A stretch of DNA of 64,000 bases from Minisyncoccota bacterium (lineage in GTDB: Bacteria; Patescibacteriota; Minisyncoccia; Phycocordibacterales; UBA9973), in the NCBI GenBank assembly GCA_031291825.1, contig JARLIG010000009.1, positions 983 to 64,982 of the forward strand, in the 5' to 3' direction. Made by a program: the position numbers and the translations under genes. Shown one piece after another: positions 1 to 9,416 of the stretch; positions within the stretch are counted from its first letter, which is position 1, and each line of letters starts with the position of its first letter. The notes beneath the pieces are model-generated. The model saw only the letters and a program-made list of their open reading frames with translations, searched no databases and was not told the DNA's origin.

Positions 1-732
1 GAAGCGAACAATCAGAATACTGATATAGATGATGAATATTACCATCCCGAACATCCCATAAAATTCCAGACGCGAATCAGGCAATATACCTAGTTCCGTA
101 AGATAATATGTCAAAGATGTCCATATGAAGAATATAAATAGAAATAATTCAATTCCTGTTCCCATCAGAACTATTTGCTTCTTTGAATCAGAAACTGCGG
201 TGTGATATCGACGAATAAGCAGAACAAAAATCCAAACCATTGCCAGAACGCCAAGCGCAATATAGTAAAACTCAAACGGAAGCCACGAAAATTTAAATGC
301 ATCGCAAGAAGTTATATCAAACCCACTCAGATTAAAAGAGGTGGGAGTAAGAATAAAAATCGGAGCAAGTAGGCTTAGGAAAATAACCTTAATTCTAGCC
401 GAAACATCTTTTTTATCTAAAAAAACATAAATAAAATAAACACAAAAAATTGCAAGCAAACCCAAAATTAGTCCTTGGAAATCCCAAATGAATAATATGA
501 AATCGCTATGGATGTTGGTCCATTCAATGAGGTCAAATACTGTCCAAAATGAAAAAAGGAGAGAGATTGTAAAAAAAAGACGATTAAGTAAAAATTTTCT
601 GCTATTCAAAAAAACATAGAAACCCATGAGAAGCGTAATAAACATCGTCGGTATATACGCGTAGTATAACAGTGCTGGCACACCAGAAGAAAATATAAGA
701 TACGTGGGTGCAGAAAATAAGTAACAAATCAT
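1..732 (-). CDS. Multi-TM membrane protein, probably the N-terminal 7TM region of a sensor histidine kinase (runs off window edge)
   Basis: Not in ORF track. Hand translation from ATG at 732 (ATGA overlap with upstream stop) gives MICYLFSAPTYLIFSSGVPALLYYAYIP..., open to position 1, about 7 hydrophobic segments. Kinase core not visible. Confidence 0.6.
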   Translation of the reverse strand, partial: MICYLFSAPTYLIFSSGVPALLYYAYIPTMFITLLMGFYVFLNSRKFLLNRLFFTISLLFSFWTVFDLIEWTNIHSDFILFIWDFQGLILGLLAIFCVYFIYVFLDKKDVSARIKVIFLSLLAPIFILTPTSFNLSGFDITSCDAFKFSWLPFEFYYIALGVLAMVWIFVLLIRRYHTAVSDSKKQIVLMGTGIELFLFIFFIWTSLTYYLTELGILPDSRLEFYGMFGMVIFIIYISILIVRF

Positions 733-1157
733 GAGTTTGTGTTGTTTGAATTATTAATAGGACTAGGTTGGGTACTTGGTTCTGTTGTGTCTACTGGTGT
801 CTGACAAATATTGTCATTATCGCTGGTGCTCTTATCACAATAGGTTATAGAACATTTATGGTCACTTGGTAGACACACGTTGGCAGCATCACAATTTGTT
901 ATATCTTGCCCACATTCCTTGTATAAATCAGGCTCATATTTTTGCATTTCGGAATAATAACTAGGTTGCGCACAAGCATCATCACTACAACTCATAAAAC
1001 ACTTCCCCGTCGCTGGATCACATGTGCCTTGATATCCCACAATATAGTCATGTTCAACCATAAATCGATAGTAAGAAAAAACACCAATGAGAATTATAAT
1101 TGGTATTAGAACACAAGAAAGAATGTGGTCACGAAAATATGTGTGTTTTGCTTCCAT
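729..1157 (-). CDS. Cys-rich membrane-anchored hypothetical protein
   Basis: ORF 729..1196; likely start MEAKH at 1157. One TM helix followed by many Cys and a Thr/Pro/Asn tail. Confidence 0.7.
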   Translation of the reverse strand: MEAKHTYFRDHILSCVLIPIIILIGVFSYYRFMVEHDYIVGYQGTCDPATGKCFMSCSDDACAQPSYYSEMQKYEPDLYKECGQDITNCDAANVCLPSDHKCSITYCDKSTSDNDNICQTPVDTTEPSTQPSPINNSNNTNS

Positions 1158-1223
1158 AATTATGCTATGTAGAGTATAACAAAAATTTAAAGCCAAGTTA
1201 AGGCAGTATCGTGGGGTTGTCCC

Positions 1224-2141
1224 CTATTTCATAAAAAGTATGTACGTTCCGATTCCAGTTATGCAAATAGCAATAATTTTTGGCCAAATGTATTTTGCTT
1301 GTATTTTTTCTGTAGAAATTTTTGGAAGAAAAATCGTCAAAAATATACCAATAAGCATAGCAAAAATAGACTGGAAGGAATCCGTTAGAAGTACTAATGC
1401 AACAGGGGCAAGCATGTACGCAAAAGCAAAAGCAAGATTTCCCAAGATATAAAGAAATTCATTCACAACTCCATAAAACAAAATAACCTTTGAATTGCCA
1501 CGCACAACCGACAAAAAACTAGTCCGATAAGAGCGCATAAATATAAAGATAATTACTCCCACCAAAAAGAGAGAAACGTTTTCCCAAAAAAAAGACCTCC
1601 AGACATTTTCTTCAAGTGCAACCGCTTTGAAGATGACTGAACCTAGCGCCCAAAAGAATGAGGCAGCCAACATTGGTAAAATTGTTTTTGTGCGAAGCTT
1701 AAATTTATTTTCTTCGTCTATTTCAAAAGAGATTATTGTCGTACCAAAAATAATTATTGCCATGGCGAGAAGTTGCAACTTTGTCAGCACCTCACCGAGA
1801 ACAAAATAACTCAGTATATATCCAAAGACTGGTACAAGCTGATAAAAAACTATTACAATCGACGCTTCTTCCTCCTTTAGTGCCAGTAGATAACACCACA
1901 ACACCATTACATTTAAAATACCCACCACCGCAAGAGCAATAATTTGCACACCACCAACAGCAAATACTGTTTTATCTGCAAAAAAACAAACCGGCAATAT
2001 AAGAGCAGCGATAAAAGAAGAAAGGAGGAGAATCGTGCCAACTCCTCCCTTGTGAAAGTATTTATCTAGGAGAACTTTATCTATATGGTTCGTCAGAGCA
2101 TACATGAACGGACCAATTAGCGCTATAAAAAACCAAGTCAT
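1224..2141 (-). CDS. EamA/DMT family transporter
   Basis: 305 aa, about 10 TM helices in two repeats. Confidence 0.85.
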   Translation of the reverse strand: MTWFFIALIGPFMYALTNHIDKVLLDKYFHKGGVGTILLLSSFIAALILPVCFFADKTVFAVGGVQIIALAVVGILNVMVLWCYLLALKEEEASIVIVFYQLVPVFGYILSYFVLGEVLTKLQLLAMAIIIFGTTIISFEIDEENKFKLRTKTILPMLAASFFWALGSVIFKAVALEENVWRSFFWENVSLFLVGVIIFIFMRSYRTSFLSVVRGNSKVILFYGVVNEFLYILGNLAFAFAYMLAPVALVLLTDSFQSIFAMLIGIFLTIFLPKISTEKIQAKYIWPKIIAICITGIGTYILFMK

Positions 2142-2165
2142 GAAATGATTATACTCTTAAATTAA

Positions 2166-2573
2166 TTATTGTATATCGTTATATTTAACTCCTCTTTCAA
2201 CATAATTCATTTCAACTTCTTTGCACTTAAAATAATTTTGGGCAAATTCTTTGATGTGTTCGGTAGAGAATTTTTTACACGAATACACATCAACGGATAT
2301 AAAATTCTTTGGAATTAAAGTATGAATTTGAATTCCGCTTTCGATTATTGGAACCCAGCCAGAAAGACCAGCTTTATCAGGAAATAAAGTAGCATCACTT
2401 CGGAAAATAAAAGGCGGAGACTGTTTGGTCATTTTAAGTGTCGTAACAATATCTTCTAAAAAGTTATAACACAAAGACAAGTCGTCGCAGGCACCCTCTT
2501 TGCATCCATAAAGGTCTAACGTGAGTAAATATCCAAACGGTTCATTTTTTAATTCATTCATAATTAGATTCAT
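2166..2573 (-). CDS. speD: S-adenosylmethionine decarboxylase family proenzyme (pyruvoyl)
   Basis: G.LLTLDLYGC, GLSGWVPIIES(G)IQIHT self-cleavage E|S motif, DVYSCK. Substrate could differ (e.g. Arg). Confidence 0.8.
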   Translation of the reverse strand: MNLIMNELKNEPFGYLLTLDLYGCKEGACDDLSLCYNFLEDIVTTLKMTKQSPPFIFRSDATLFPDKAGLSGWVPIIESGIQIHTLIPKNFISVDVYSCKKFSTEHIKEFAQNYFKCKEVEMNYVERGVKYNDIQ

Positions 2574-2603
2574 AATATATTATAGTACATAATTAATCAA
2601 ATT

Positions 2604-3509
2604 TTACTGCTTAGCTTTTTTAACAAGAAATTTATTTAAAAACGAATCTGGTTTATATTTTATTTTTGCTTTTCTTAATCCTTGTATTCCTAAATCCTGC
2701 TGCCAATTATAGTATTTAATCCCTTGTTTCTGTAATATTTTTGCTTCTTCTAAATCCAATACATCATAAGCAGAGAGATGATATAATGTATCAGCCTTCG
2801 CAAAGTGAGACATGGCATAATCGTCAGCTAAAATTTCAAACACGGAAAATCCAACCAAAACTTCTTTCACGTATAATGAAATTACTTTTATATTTTTATC
2901 CTTGATTTCAAATAATCTTTCAAACGCCCGATACTCATTTAATTCCGAATAATTAATTATATTTTTATTTTCCGACCATTTTTTAAATATTTTTAAATAT
3001 TCATCTTTGTGTATATCTTGAAATGATTGTTGTTTAATAACGTAATTTGGATATTGCTTTATAAATCTTCTGACTCCCTTGCTTATTGTGTTTTGTGGCC
3101 AAGCATCCATGCTGGCCAAGCGCAACACGGAGTAAACGTAATCACGAGAATCTAGATCAGATATAAAATCAAATTCAGATTTATCTAACAAGCCAACTAC
3201 TGTTTCTGGGACTAATTTTAAGATACCAGTCTTATAATTTTTTTCAGAAAAATCAATTAATTCTTGGGCTGTTTCATTAATCATCTTATCGCCCAAAAAA
3301 GAAAGAAAAGATTTTCCATTCAGATAATCAGTAAACTTAACCACTAAATTGTCATTTAAAATTGAAAAACCCATCTCACCTTTTAAATCCCAAGCCCATA
3401 TATTAGAAAAATTGAAATCAGCATATGGTGGAAATTGAACAGTAAATTTTTCCACATCCTTTTTATCGGCTAATTCAATTCTTTTAAAATCAGGAAATGT
3501 GGGAATCAT
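2604..3509 (-). CDS. DUF2156 / aminoacyl-tRNA-dependent transferase-like (MprF C-terminal GNAT-like) protein
   Basis: DFNFSNIWAW, DYVY, HFAKAD, YNWQQDLGIQGLRKAKIKYKP match the DUF2156 pattern. Confidence 0.75.
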   Translation of the reverse strand: MIPTFPDFKRIELADKKDVEKFTVQFPPYADFNFSNIWAWDLKGEMGFSILNDNLVVKFTDYLNGKSFLSFLGDKMINETAQELIDFSEKNYKTGILKLVPETVVGLLDKSEFDFISDLDSRDYVYSVLRLASMDAWPQNTISKGVRRFIKQYPNYVIKQQSFQDIHKDEYLKIFKKWSENKNIINYSELNEYRAFERLFEIKDKNIKVISLYVKEVLVGFSVFEILADDYAMSHFAKADTLYHLSAYDVLDLEEAKILQKQGIKYYNWQQDLGIQGLRKAKIKYKPDSFLNKFLVKKAKQ

Positions 3510-3514
3510 AAAGT

Positions 3515-3744
3515 TTATATCGTCCCCTCTGAATCAATATTAATTTTTGTTATACATTTAAAATGTTTTTCTATTTTTTGAAAAAAAATAAACAACTCCT
3601 CTGTGTGTAGAGATGTGAGACGTCTGATTAAAAAAAGATTTTTACTAGACATTATTTGGTTGTAATCGCTAATCTTTGCCATACCGGCCTTATTTTATAA
3701 GCTCTGTGTACTCGTGCGACTCTGAAAATACTCAAACCAATCAT
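3515..3744 (-). other. Two tandem putative leader ORFs (30 aa at 3744-3652; 45 aa at 3652-3515) coupled by TAATG
   Basis: Hand translation: MIGLSIFRVARVHRAYKIRPVWQRLAITTK* then MSSKNLFLIRRLTSLHTEELFIFFQKIEKHFKCITKINIDSEGTI*, ending 5 nt before the DUF2156 ATG. Confidence 0.3.
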
Positions 3745-3871
3745 TAGATATTCCCGTTATATAGAAACTCTTCTTTACCTACAAAGAACAATAAAGGGCA
3801 TTACCCCTTATTTATAGCATAAAATAGACATCTCTGCGAGAACCGGACAACTGGAAAAATGATACCAACAA

Positions 3872-4573
3872 CTACTTTGTTTTAGTCGTTGTCGTCGGAG
3901 TTGTGGTGGTGTTCGTTGTCGATTGTAGTTTAAATGACTGCTGGATGAGAGAATCGAGCTCGTCAACGCTATGGAAACCAGTCAGAACATTGTCATCTAT
4001 TACCAATGCTGGCAGAGCGGTATCTTTTATTTTGTAAATTTGGAGCATTGAGGTCACCGCAGAAAGGTCGGTGCTATAATCGAAAGAGTAAACACGCAAA
4101 TCAGGATATTCTGTGCGGAGAGTTGATAATACAAGACTTTCTTGCTGACATAAACTACAATTTTGCGCGGTCGTATAGAAGTAAAGAATAAAAGCAGCTT
4201 TCACTCCACAGCGTGTGGAAATTTGTTTAGTCAAAAGATAATCTTTTATTTCGAGGAGTGAGTAATATTTTTGCAAATAAGAAACTTCCGTGGTATTACC
4301 TAAATTATCCTGACTCCATTGCAACTTATTTCCCAGTTCAGATAATTCATCTGAAAAAACTGAATCAGAAATATCTTTACAGGAAAGTTCGGAGAGCAAA
4401 GAAAACTGTGTCTCTGAAGAAAGCACGTCAATCGATATCTGGTCCTGAATATTTTGCAACTGTTTAATTTTTTGATTACCAAAGTAATTACTCAAATAAA
4501 TCGCTGTCACAAAAAGACCTGCAGTAATCAAAAGCACAATTAAATATTTTTTCCAATCAATATTATTATTCAT
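3872..4573 (-). CDS. Membrane-anchored protein with C-terminal thioredoxin-like CxxC domain
   Basis: N-terminal TM; ILYFY..NCSLC; LPALVID cis-Pro-like motif. Confidence 0.7.
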   Translation of the reverse strand: MNNNIDWKKYLIVLLITAGLFVTAIYLSNYFGNQKIKQLQNIQDQISIDVLSSETQFSLLSELSCKDISDSVFSDELSELGNKLQWSQDNLGNTTEVSYLQKYYSLLEIKDYLLTKQISTRCGVKAAFILYFYTTAQNCSLCQQESLVLSTLRTEYPDLRVYSFDYSTDLSAVTSMLQIYKIKDTALPALVIDDNVLTGFHSVDELDSLIQQSFKLQSTTNTTTTPTTTTKTK

Positions 4574-4579
4574 AAATTT

Positions 4580-5821
4580 TTATCTCCAGGATGGCTTCCT
4601 TTTTAAAACTGTATTATAAGCTGCTTTTGCAAGCCAAAATGGAGAAACAATACTAAAAACTGGAAAATAGTAAAACATCCCAGCTGAAAGCGCCCATTTC
4701 CCTTCCGCCATCCTGCGTCCGAAAAGCATAGAAAAAAATACTAAAAAGTAGGTGATAATAAATAAGAAAAATAAAGATTGAGTATTGATAAAAAATGGAT
4801 CAAAAACAATCTTCGGATGAATACTAAAACCAACTATTTTATAAACTATATATTTTGAATAGATAAAATTTCCGAAATTATAAAGAATTCGTAGAGAAAG
4901 ATATCCAATTGCGACAACAGAAGCGATACGAGTCGGCAAAGTAAAAACTGAAAAATTTCCATAATCTTTTTTAAAAATCACATCATTGTAATCAATGGTA
5001 TTGTTAAAAAATCCAAAGATCCAACGTACACGCTGACGATAAAGTTTTCGGATGCTTCCCGGTGTATTGGTATACACATAGGCATCATTGCAATGCGCTA
5101 TTTTGTAATTATTTCTCTGCATACGATAAGCTATTTCCATGTCTTCAGTATTGTGGCCATGACGATAGCCACCCAAATCATTGAAAACTTTCTTGCGGAA
5201 AATTGTCAGCGGTCCAGGTGTCACGTCAATTGCGCCCAAGAAATCAAGCATTTTTTTGAAATAGACGCCCATATAGTATTCAGCTCTCTGTGCATTTTGG
5301 ATAAAATTATTATCATTATAAACAGTCACCGAAGGAGCCACTGCCATCACCTCTTTGTCTTTTTCAAAGTAACTCATAATGCGAACCAGAGATTCTCTAT
5401 CAGCAAAGGAGTCCGCATCTAAGCATCCAAAAAATTCAGTTTCCGAATTTTCCAAACCAAAATTAAGAGCGGTAAACTTACCACCATTTTCTTTGTGAAA
5501 AACTTTTATGTTTGAATATTTACTAAAGCGACTAATAACCTTAAAAGTATTATCAGTAGAACCATCATCAATTAAAAAAATAGTAAGTTTATCTTTTGGA
5601 TAATTTAGGTCGAGTAGCGAGCGAACTGTCTTGTAAACAGTCTTCTCTTCATTCCAGCAAGGCACCGTGATGGTAACTTTTGGATAGTGAGCAAGCTTAG
5701 TTTCGCCCTTACGGATAATTATTTTTTTTCTGTTTTCTAGAAAAGTAACGAAAAAAAACACCTGCACATACACAGACAAAAAGATGAATATATATAATAT
5801 GGTGGTTCCTATTAAAGCCAT
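4580..5821 (-). CDS. GT2 processive glycosyltransferase (PgaC/cellulose synthase-like)
   Basis: DDGS, DAD, TED and QRVRW motifs plus TM helices. Likely start MALIG at 5821. Confidence 0.9.
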   Translation of the reverse strand: MALIGTTILYIFIFLSVYVQVFFFVTFLENRKKIIIRKGETKLAHYPKVTITVPCWNEEKTVYKTVRSLLDLNYPKDKLTIFLIDDGSTDNTFKVISRFSKYSNIKVFHKENGGKFTALNFGLENSETEFFGCLDADSFADRESLVRIMSYFEKDKEVMAVAPSVTVYNDNNFIQNAQRAEYYMGVYFKKMLDFLGAIDVTPGPLTIFRKKVFNDLGGYRHGHNTEDMEIAYRMQRNNYKIAHCNDAYVYTNTPGSIRKLYRQRVRWIFGFFNNTIDYNDVIFKKDYGNFSVFTLPTRIASVVAIGYLSLRILYNFGNFIYSKYIVYKIVGFSIHPKIVFDPFFINTQSLFFLFIITYFLVFFSMLFGRRMAEGKWALSAGMFYYFPVFSIVSPFWLAKAAYNTVLKRKPSWR

Positions 5822-5862
5822 TTTCTTAAGATTAATACTAACATTTTGGGGCTTAAATGCAA

Positions 5863-5896
5863 ACCCCGCACTCCGACCTAGGTCGGAGTGCGGGGT
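5863..5896. repeat. Perfect 34-bp GC-rich palindrome
   Basis: accccgcactccgacct|aggtcggagtgcggggt, no loop. Confidence 0.9.
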
Positions 5897-5917
5897 AGCT
5901 AAAAAAACAATCAAATA

Positions 5918-6235
5918 TTACATCTTTGCTTCTACTTTTTCATCTTTTTTATCTTCAGCAGCACACGCAGAACAAGCAGCTTTACATTTCTTACACCTGC
6001 AACCAAAAATTTTCAACACAGCTGCAAGACCCACAAGGATGTAAACGATACCTTCAACAATTGGCCAATTGCCCAAAACAAGATGGACAACGTTTAAAGA
6101 TTCAAGACCTTGACCCATCAACACTCCCAAACCAACCAAGCCCCAATTTAAACCTCCAATAACCAACAAGACTTTAGCAGTCTTTGCAACTGGACAACAT
6201 CCGCACTTTCCTCCCGCACATTGTAGATTGCACAT
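5918..6235 (-). CDS. DUF378 family small membrane protein with Cys-rich termini
   Basis: LLVIGGLNWGLVG...IVYILVGLAA signature. Confidence 0.85.
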   Translation of the reverse strand: MCNLQCAGGKCGCCPVAKTAKVLLVIGGLNWGLVGLGVLMGQGLESLNVVHLVLGNWPIVEGIVYILVGLAAVLKIFGCRCKKCKAACSACAAEDKKDEKVEAKM

Positions 6236-6352
6236 ATATATATTTTATTTCGCCCCGACCAAAATCAGGACAGTTAATATGTTAATACTTCTATTATACC
6301 ATACATAAAAAATATGCTACAATGGCGTATTAACAGTTTAATAATAAATCAA

Positions 6353-7162
6353 ATGGAAGAAAATAACATTGAAAATAAAGAAGAATTACCCGTAGCAGAA
6401 GTTACCCCTGTTGCAGAAACTATAGTCGAAAATAAACCAAAAACTAGCCAAACACCAATCGTTAGCGCAATTATTATTGCCGGTGTCTTGATTGCTGGAG
6501 CTGTTTTATTAAGAGGCGGTATTTCTCCTCTTAACGGAAACACCGCAAAAACAGGTACCGGGATTCCAGTCACGACGACTACCTTAGCTCCAATTACTTC
6601 AGCTGACCGAACTCTTGGAAATCAAAACGCAAAAGTTACGCTAGTCATGTATGAAGATTTCCAATGCCCCTGGTGTGGAAAGTTTGTTGGCGAATCTGAG
6701 CAAGTCATCAGAGATAAATATGTCAAAGACGGAAGTGTCCAATTTGTTTACCGAGACTTTGCCTTCTTGGGAAGTTTTGCTCAGCCTTACGTGTTAGCAA
6801 AAGACGAGTCAATTAACTCTGCAGAAGCTGCAAGATGCGCCGGAGACCAAGGACAATTCTGGCAGTATCATGACTATTTGTTTGCTCACCAAAATGGAGA
6901 GGATCAAGGAGCTTTTTCTGTGACTAATCTAGAATCTTTCGCTAAAACCCTTGGATTAAATACTACTACCTTTAATCAGTGTCTAAGCACCAACAAATAT
7001 GCACAAGCGGTAAGCGACTCAAAGACAGAGGGAGAAGCGGCTGGAGTCACTGGCACACCAAAAGGGTTTATATTGGTAAACGGAAAGGTTGTTGATACGA
7101 TTGATGGATACTTACCACTTGCATCAGTTACAGCAAAACTTGACGCAGCGTTGAAAGATTAG
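6353..7162 (+). CDS. DsbA/BdbD family thiol-disulfide oxidoreductase
   Basis: YEDFQCPWC, YRDFAF, GVTGTP; N-terminal TM. Likely start MEENN at 6353. Confidence 0.9.
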   Translation: MEENNIENKEELPVAEVTPVAETIVENKPKTSQTPIVSAIIIAGVLIAGAVLLRGGISPLNGNTAKTGTGIPVTTTTLAPITSADRTLGNQNAKVTLVMYEDFQCPWCGKFVGESEQVIRDKYVKDGSVQFVYRDFAFLGSFAQPYVLAKDESINSAEAARCAGDQGQFWQYHDYLFAHQNGEDQGAFSVTNLESFAKTLGLNTTTFNQCLSTNKYAQAVSDSKTEGEAAGVTGTPKGFILVNGKVVDTIDGYLPLASVTAKLDAALKD

Positions 7163-7165
7163 ATA

Positions 7166-7207
7166 TTTCCACCCCGCCCTAAAGGGCACCCCTCAAGAGG
7201 GGAATTT
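7166..7207 (+). repeat. REP-like repeat family R1, copy 1 (overlaps DUF559 stop)
   Basis: tttccaccccg-ccctaaaggg-cacccctcaagaggggaattt; two hairpins. Confidence 0.9.
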
Positions 7208-7666
7208 CGATGCGTCTTTTCTTTTGTGTATTGTTTCTAGTACAAGCTGATATACACTACTCATATTTTTCTTAACATCTAAATCCAAAATTCTAACAAT
7301 CTGTAAGTTTAAACCTCCCATAAAAGCATCTCTTTCTGCATCATATTCTAATTTATCGTCATGACTTGAGCCATCTATCTCGAACACCAAACCTAGTTCA
7401 GGAATAAAAAAATCAACAATATAATTACCAATTATGACTTGCCTGTCTATGTCAAAACCGAGCTTCTTTTTATCCTTGAAAGTCTGCCAGAATAAAACTT
7501 CAGCCAAATTTCCAGCTTTTCTTAATTCTTTTGCTCTAGAAATTAAAAGTTTATTCTTTGGAATTTCCCAATATGGATATAAAGATTTAGGATCCCAAAA
7601 TGATTCCCTTTTTGAGGGGTGACTCGACCTTAGTCGAGACAGGGTGGAAAGATTCTTCTTCATCAT
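7193..7666 (-). CDS. DUF559 / Vsr-like PD-(D/E)xK endonuclease
   Basis: RAKELRK..AEVLFW, RQVIIGNYIVDF, EIDGSSH, RDAFM motifs. Confidence 0.9.
   Translation of the reverse strand: MMKKNLSTLSRLRSSHPSKRESFWDPKSLYPYWEIPKNKLLISRAKELRKAGNLAEVLFWQTFKDKKKLGFDIDRQVIIGNYIVDFFIPELGLVFEIDGSSHDDKLEYDAERDAFMGGLNLQIVRILDLDVKKNMSSVYQLVLETIHKRKDASKFPS
7603..7650 (-). repeat. R1 copy 2 (translated in DUF559 N-terminus)
   Basis: Reverse complement tttccaccctg-tctcgactaaggtcgagt-cacccctcaaaaagggaat. Confidence 0.85.
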
Positions 7667-7671
7667 TTAAA

Positions 7672-8031
7672 TTATTTTAAATCTTGCGTTGATAGATAAA
7701 CAAGTCTAGCTACCAATTTTACTTCGGTGTCTGTCTGTAAACCCAATTCTTGAGGTTTCATTACAAATATTTCACTTGATAAACCACCAGCTAACGAGGT
7801 AGAACCAACATGAATACCTTTTACTCTCTCATTTGAAACCTGATTAGCGTATCGTTCAATTTTTTTCATGATTACTGCAATGCCCACCTGTTGCATTCCC
7901 ACATTTTGAAGGTTACTTCTTAAGTTAGATAAATCTAAGCGTGCTTTAACTTCCCCATTGTCTAAATCAACACTACTAACTGTTAAAAAATCTACATTGA
8001 CTATTGATCCTAGTTTAAATTCTTTGTTCAT
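7672..8031 (-). CDS. Hypothetical protein between R1 repeats
   Basis: ORF 7672..8082; likely start MNKEF at 8031. No motif recognised. Confidence 0.6.
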   Translation of the reverse strand: MNKEFKLGSIVNVDFLTVSSVDLDNGEVKARLDLSNLRSNLQNVGMQQVGIAVIMKKIERYANQVSNERVKGIHVGSTSLAGGLSSEIFVMKPQELGLQTDTEVKLVARLVYLSTQDLK

Positions 8032-8098
8032 AATTTTATTATATAACAAGACAAAGACAGAATACAAGTGCGTATTTTTCACCTGCCCTTTGTGTTTT

Positions 8099-8184
8099 AT
8101 TCTCCTCTTGAGGAGTACCCTTTAGGGGGAGGTGGATGAATTTCCACCCCGGCGCAAAAGCGCCACCCCTCAAGAGGGGAATTT
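8099..8184. repeat. R1 copies 3 (-, 8099-8136) and 4 (+, 8141-8184) as an inverted doublet after the rpoD stop
   Basis: attctcctcttgaggagtaccctttagggggaggtgga / tttccaccccggcgcaaaagcgccacccctcaagaggggaattt. Confidence 0.9.
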
Positions 8185-9410
8185 TAATCGAAGTAATTTT
8201 TCAACCTAGAAATCTTTTCGTGCTGGCGAAGCTTTTCGTGTACCTTCGCTTCAATCTGTCGAATACGTTCTCGGGTAACTCCGAACTCTTCCCCTACTCT
8301 CTCTAGGGTATGTTGAATACCATCGAGTAATCCATAACGCATTTCTAAAATTTTTCTTTCTTTAGGATTGAGCTCATCTAAAACTTCCCGAATCTGGTCA
8401 GAAAGAATTCGACGAGAAGATTCTTGGTCTGGACGCAAAATTTTATCGTCTGGAATAAAGTTTTCTAAAGTTGATTTGTCGTCATCATCCCCAACTGGCT
8501 GTTCCAATGAAACAGTTTCTTGGCTAATATTTTCAATCACGTGAATTTTATCAACTGGAATGCCCATTTCGGTGGCAATTTCTTCAGCGAGAGGCTCACG
8601 GCCCAAATCCTGACTAAGTCGGCGATGGGTTTGTTTATATTTAGAAATTGTTTCCACCATGTGCACCGGAATACGAATAGTTCTAGACTGGTCAGCAAGC
8701 GCTCGAGTGATAGATTGACGAATCCACCAAGTCGCATAAGTAGAAAACTTATATCCTTTAGTCCAATCAAATTTTTCAACTGCTTTAAATAAACCTAAAT
8801 TTCCTTCTTGAATCAAATCAAGCAAAGTTAAATTGGCGCTTCGTCCGACATATTTTTTAGCAATGGAAACCACGAGACGCAAGTTTGCTCGAGCTAATAA
8901 GTTTTTTGCTTCCTCATCTCCCTGCTCAATGCGTTTAGCTAAGTCTTTTTCATCACCAGCACGAATAAGCGGATATTGTCCGATTTCTTTCAAATACATT
9001 TGAATGGAATCATGCATCGAACCTTTGTTTAGGTCTTTATCGTTGATTTCGAGGTCTAGATTAAGTAAGTTCCCTCCTTCAAGCACATCAATACCAGCCA
9101 CTGCAAATTTCTCATAAAGTTCGTCCAAAAACAAAATATTGTTTTCAATATCAGGGAAAGTTTTTAAAATCTCGTCATAAGTGATAAAGCCACGCTTCCT
9201 GCCTTTTTCAATAATCATATTCGCCAGACGGTCTAGGTTTTCTGCTTTTTTAGATACTCCGGAAACTTTTTTTACTTTTGCTTTTTTTACAACCTTTTTC
9301 GCCGTTTTTTTCTGTTTTTTAACAGTTTTCTTTTTTAAAACTTTTTTTGACTTAGCTTTCTTAACTATTTTCTTTTTATTTATTTTTTTATTTTTTGTTT
9401 TTTTCTTCAT
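8184..9410 (-). CDS. rpoD: Primary sigma factor RpoD with Lys-rich N-terminal tail
   Basis: [51 protein letters not shown]. Confidence 0.97.
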   Translation of the reverse strand: MKKKTKNKKINKKKIVKKAKSKKVLKKKTVKKQKKTAKKVVKKAKVKKVSGVSKKAENLDRLANMIIEKGRKRGFITYDEILKTFPDIENNILFLDELYEKFAVAGIDVLEGGNLLNLDLEINDKDLNKGSMHDSIQMYLKEIGQYPLIRAGDEKDLAKRIEQGDEEAKNLLARANLRLVVSIAKKYVGRSANLTLLDLIQEGNLGLFKAVEKFDWTKGYKFSTYATWWIRQSITRALADQSRTIRIPVHMVETISKYKQTHRRLSQDLGREPLAEEIATEMGIPVDKIHVIENISQETVSLEQPVGDDDDKSTLENFIPDDKILRPDQESSRRILSDQIREVLDELNPKERKILEMRYGLLDGIQHTLERVGEEFGVTRERIRQIEAKVHEKLRQHEKISRLKNYFD

Positions 9411-9416
9411 AAATAT

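Noticed and set aside
3510-3870. Known riboswitch (SAM, guanidine, c-di-AMP, T-box) upstream of the speD block
   Set aside because: No consensus recognisable by eye; kept only as an unclassified leader.
7166-8184. CRISPR array
   Set aside because: Repeats are in mixed orientation with irregular spacing and variable interiors; no cas genes seen.
9240-9410. Lys-rich RpoD N-terminus as a DNA repeat or frameshift
   Set aside because: In-frame low-complexity basic tail without a discrete repeat unit.
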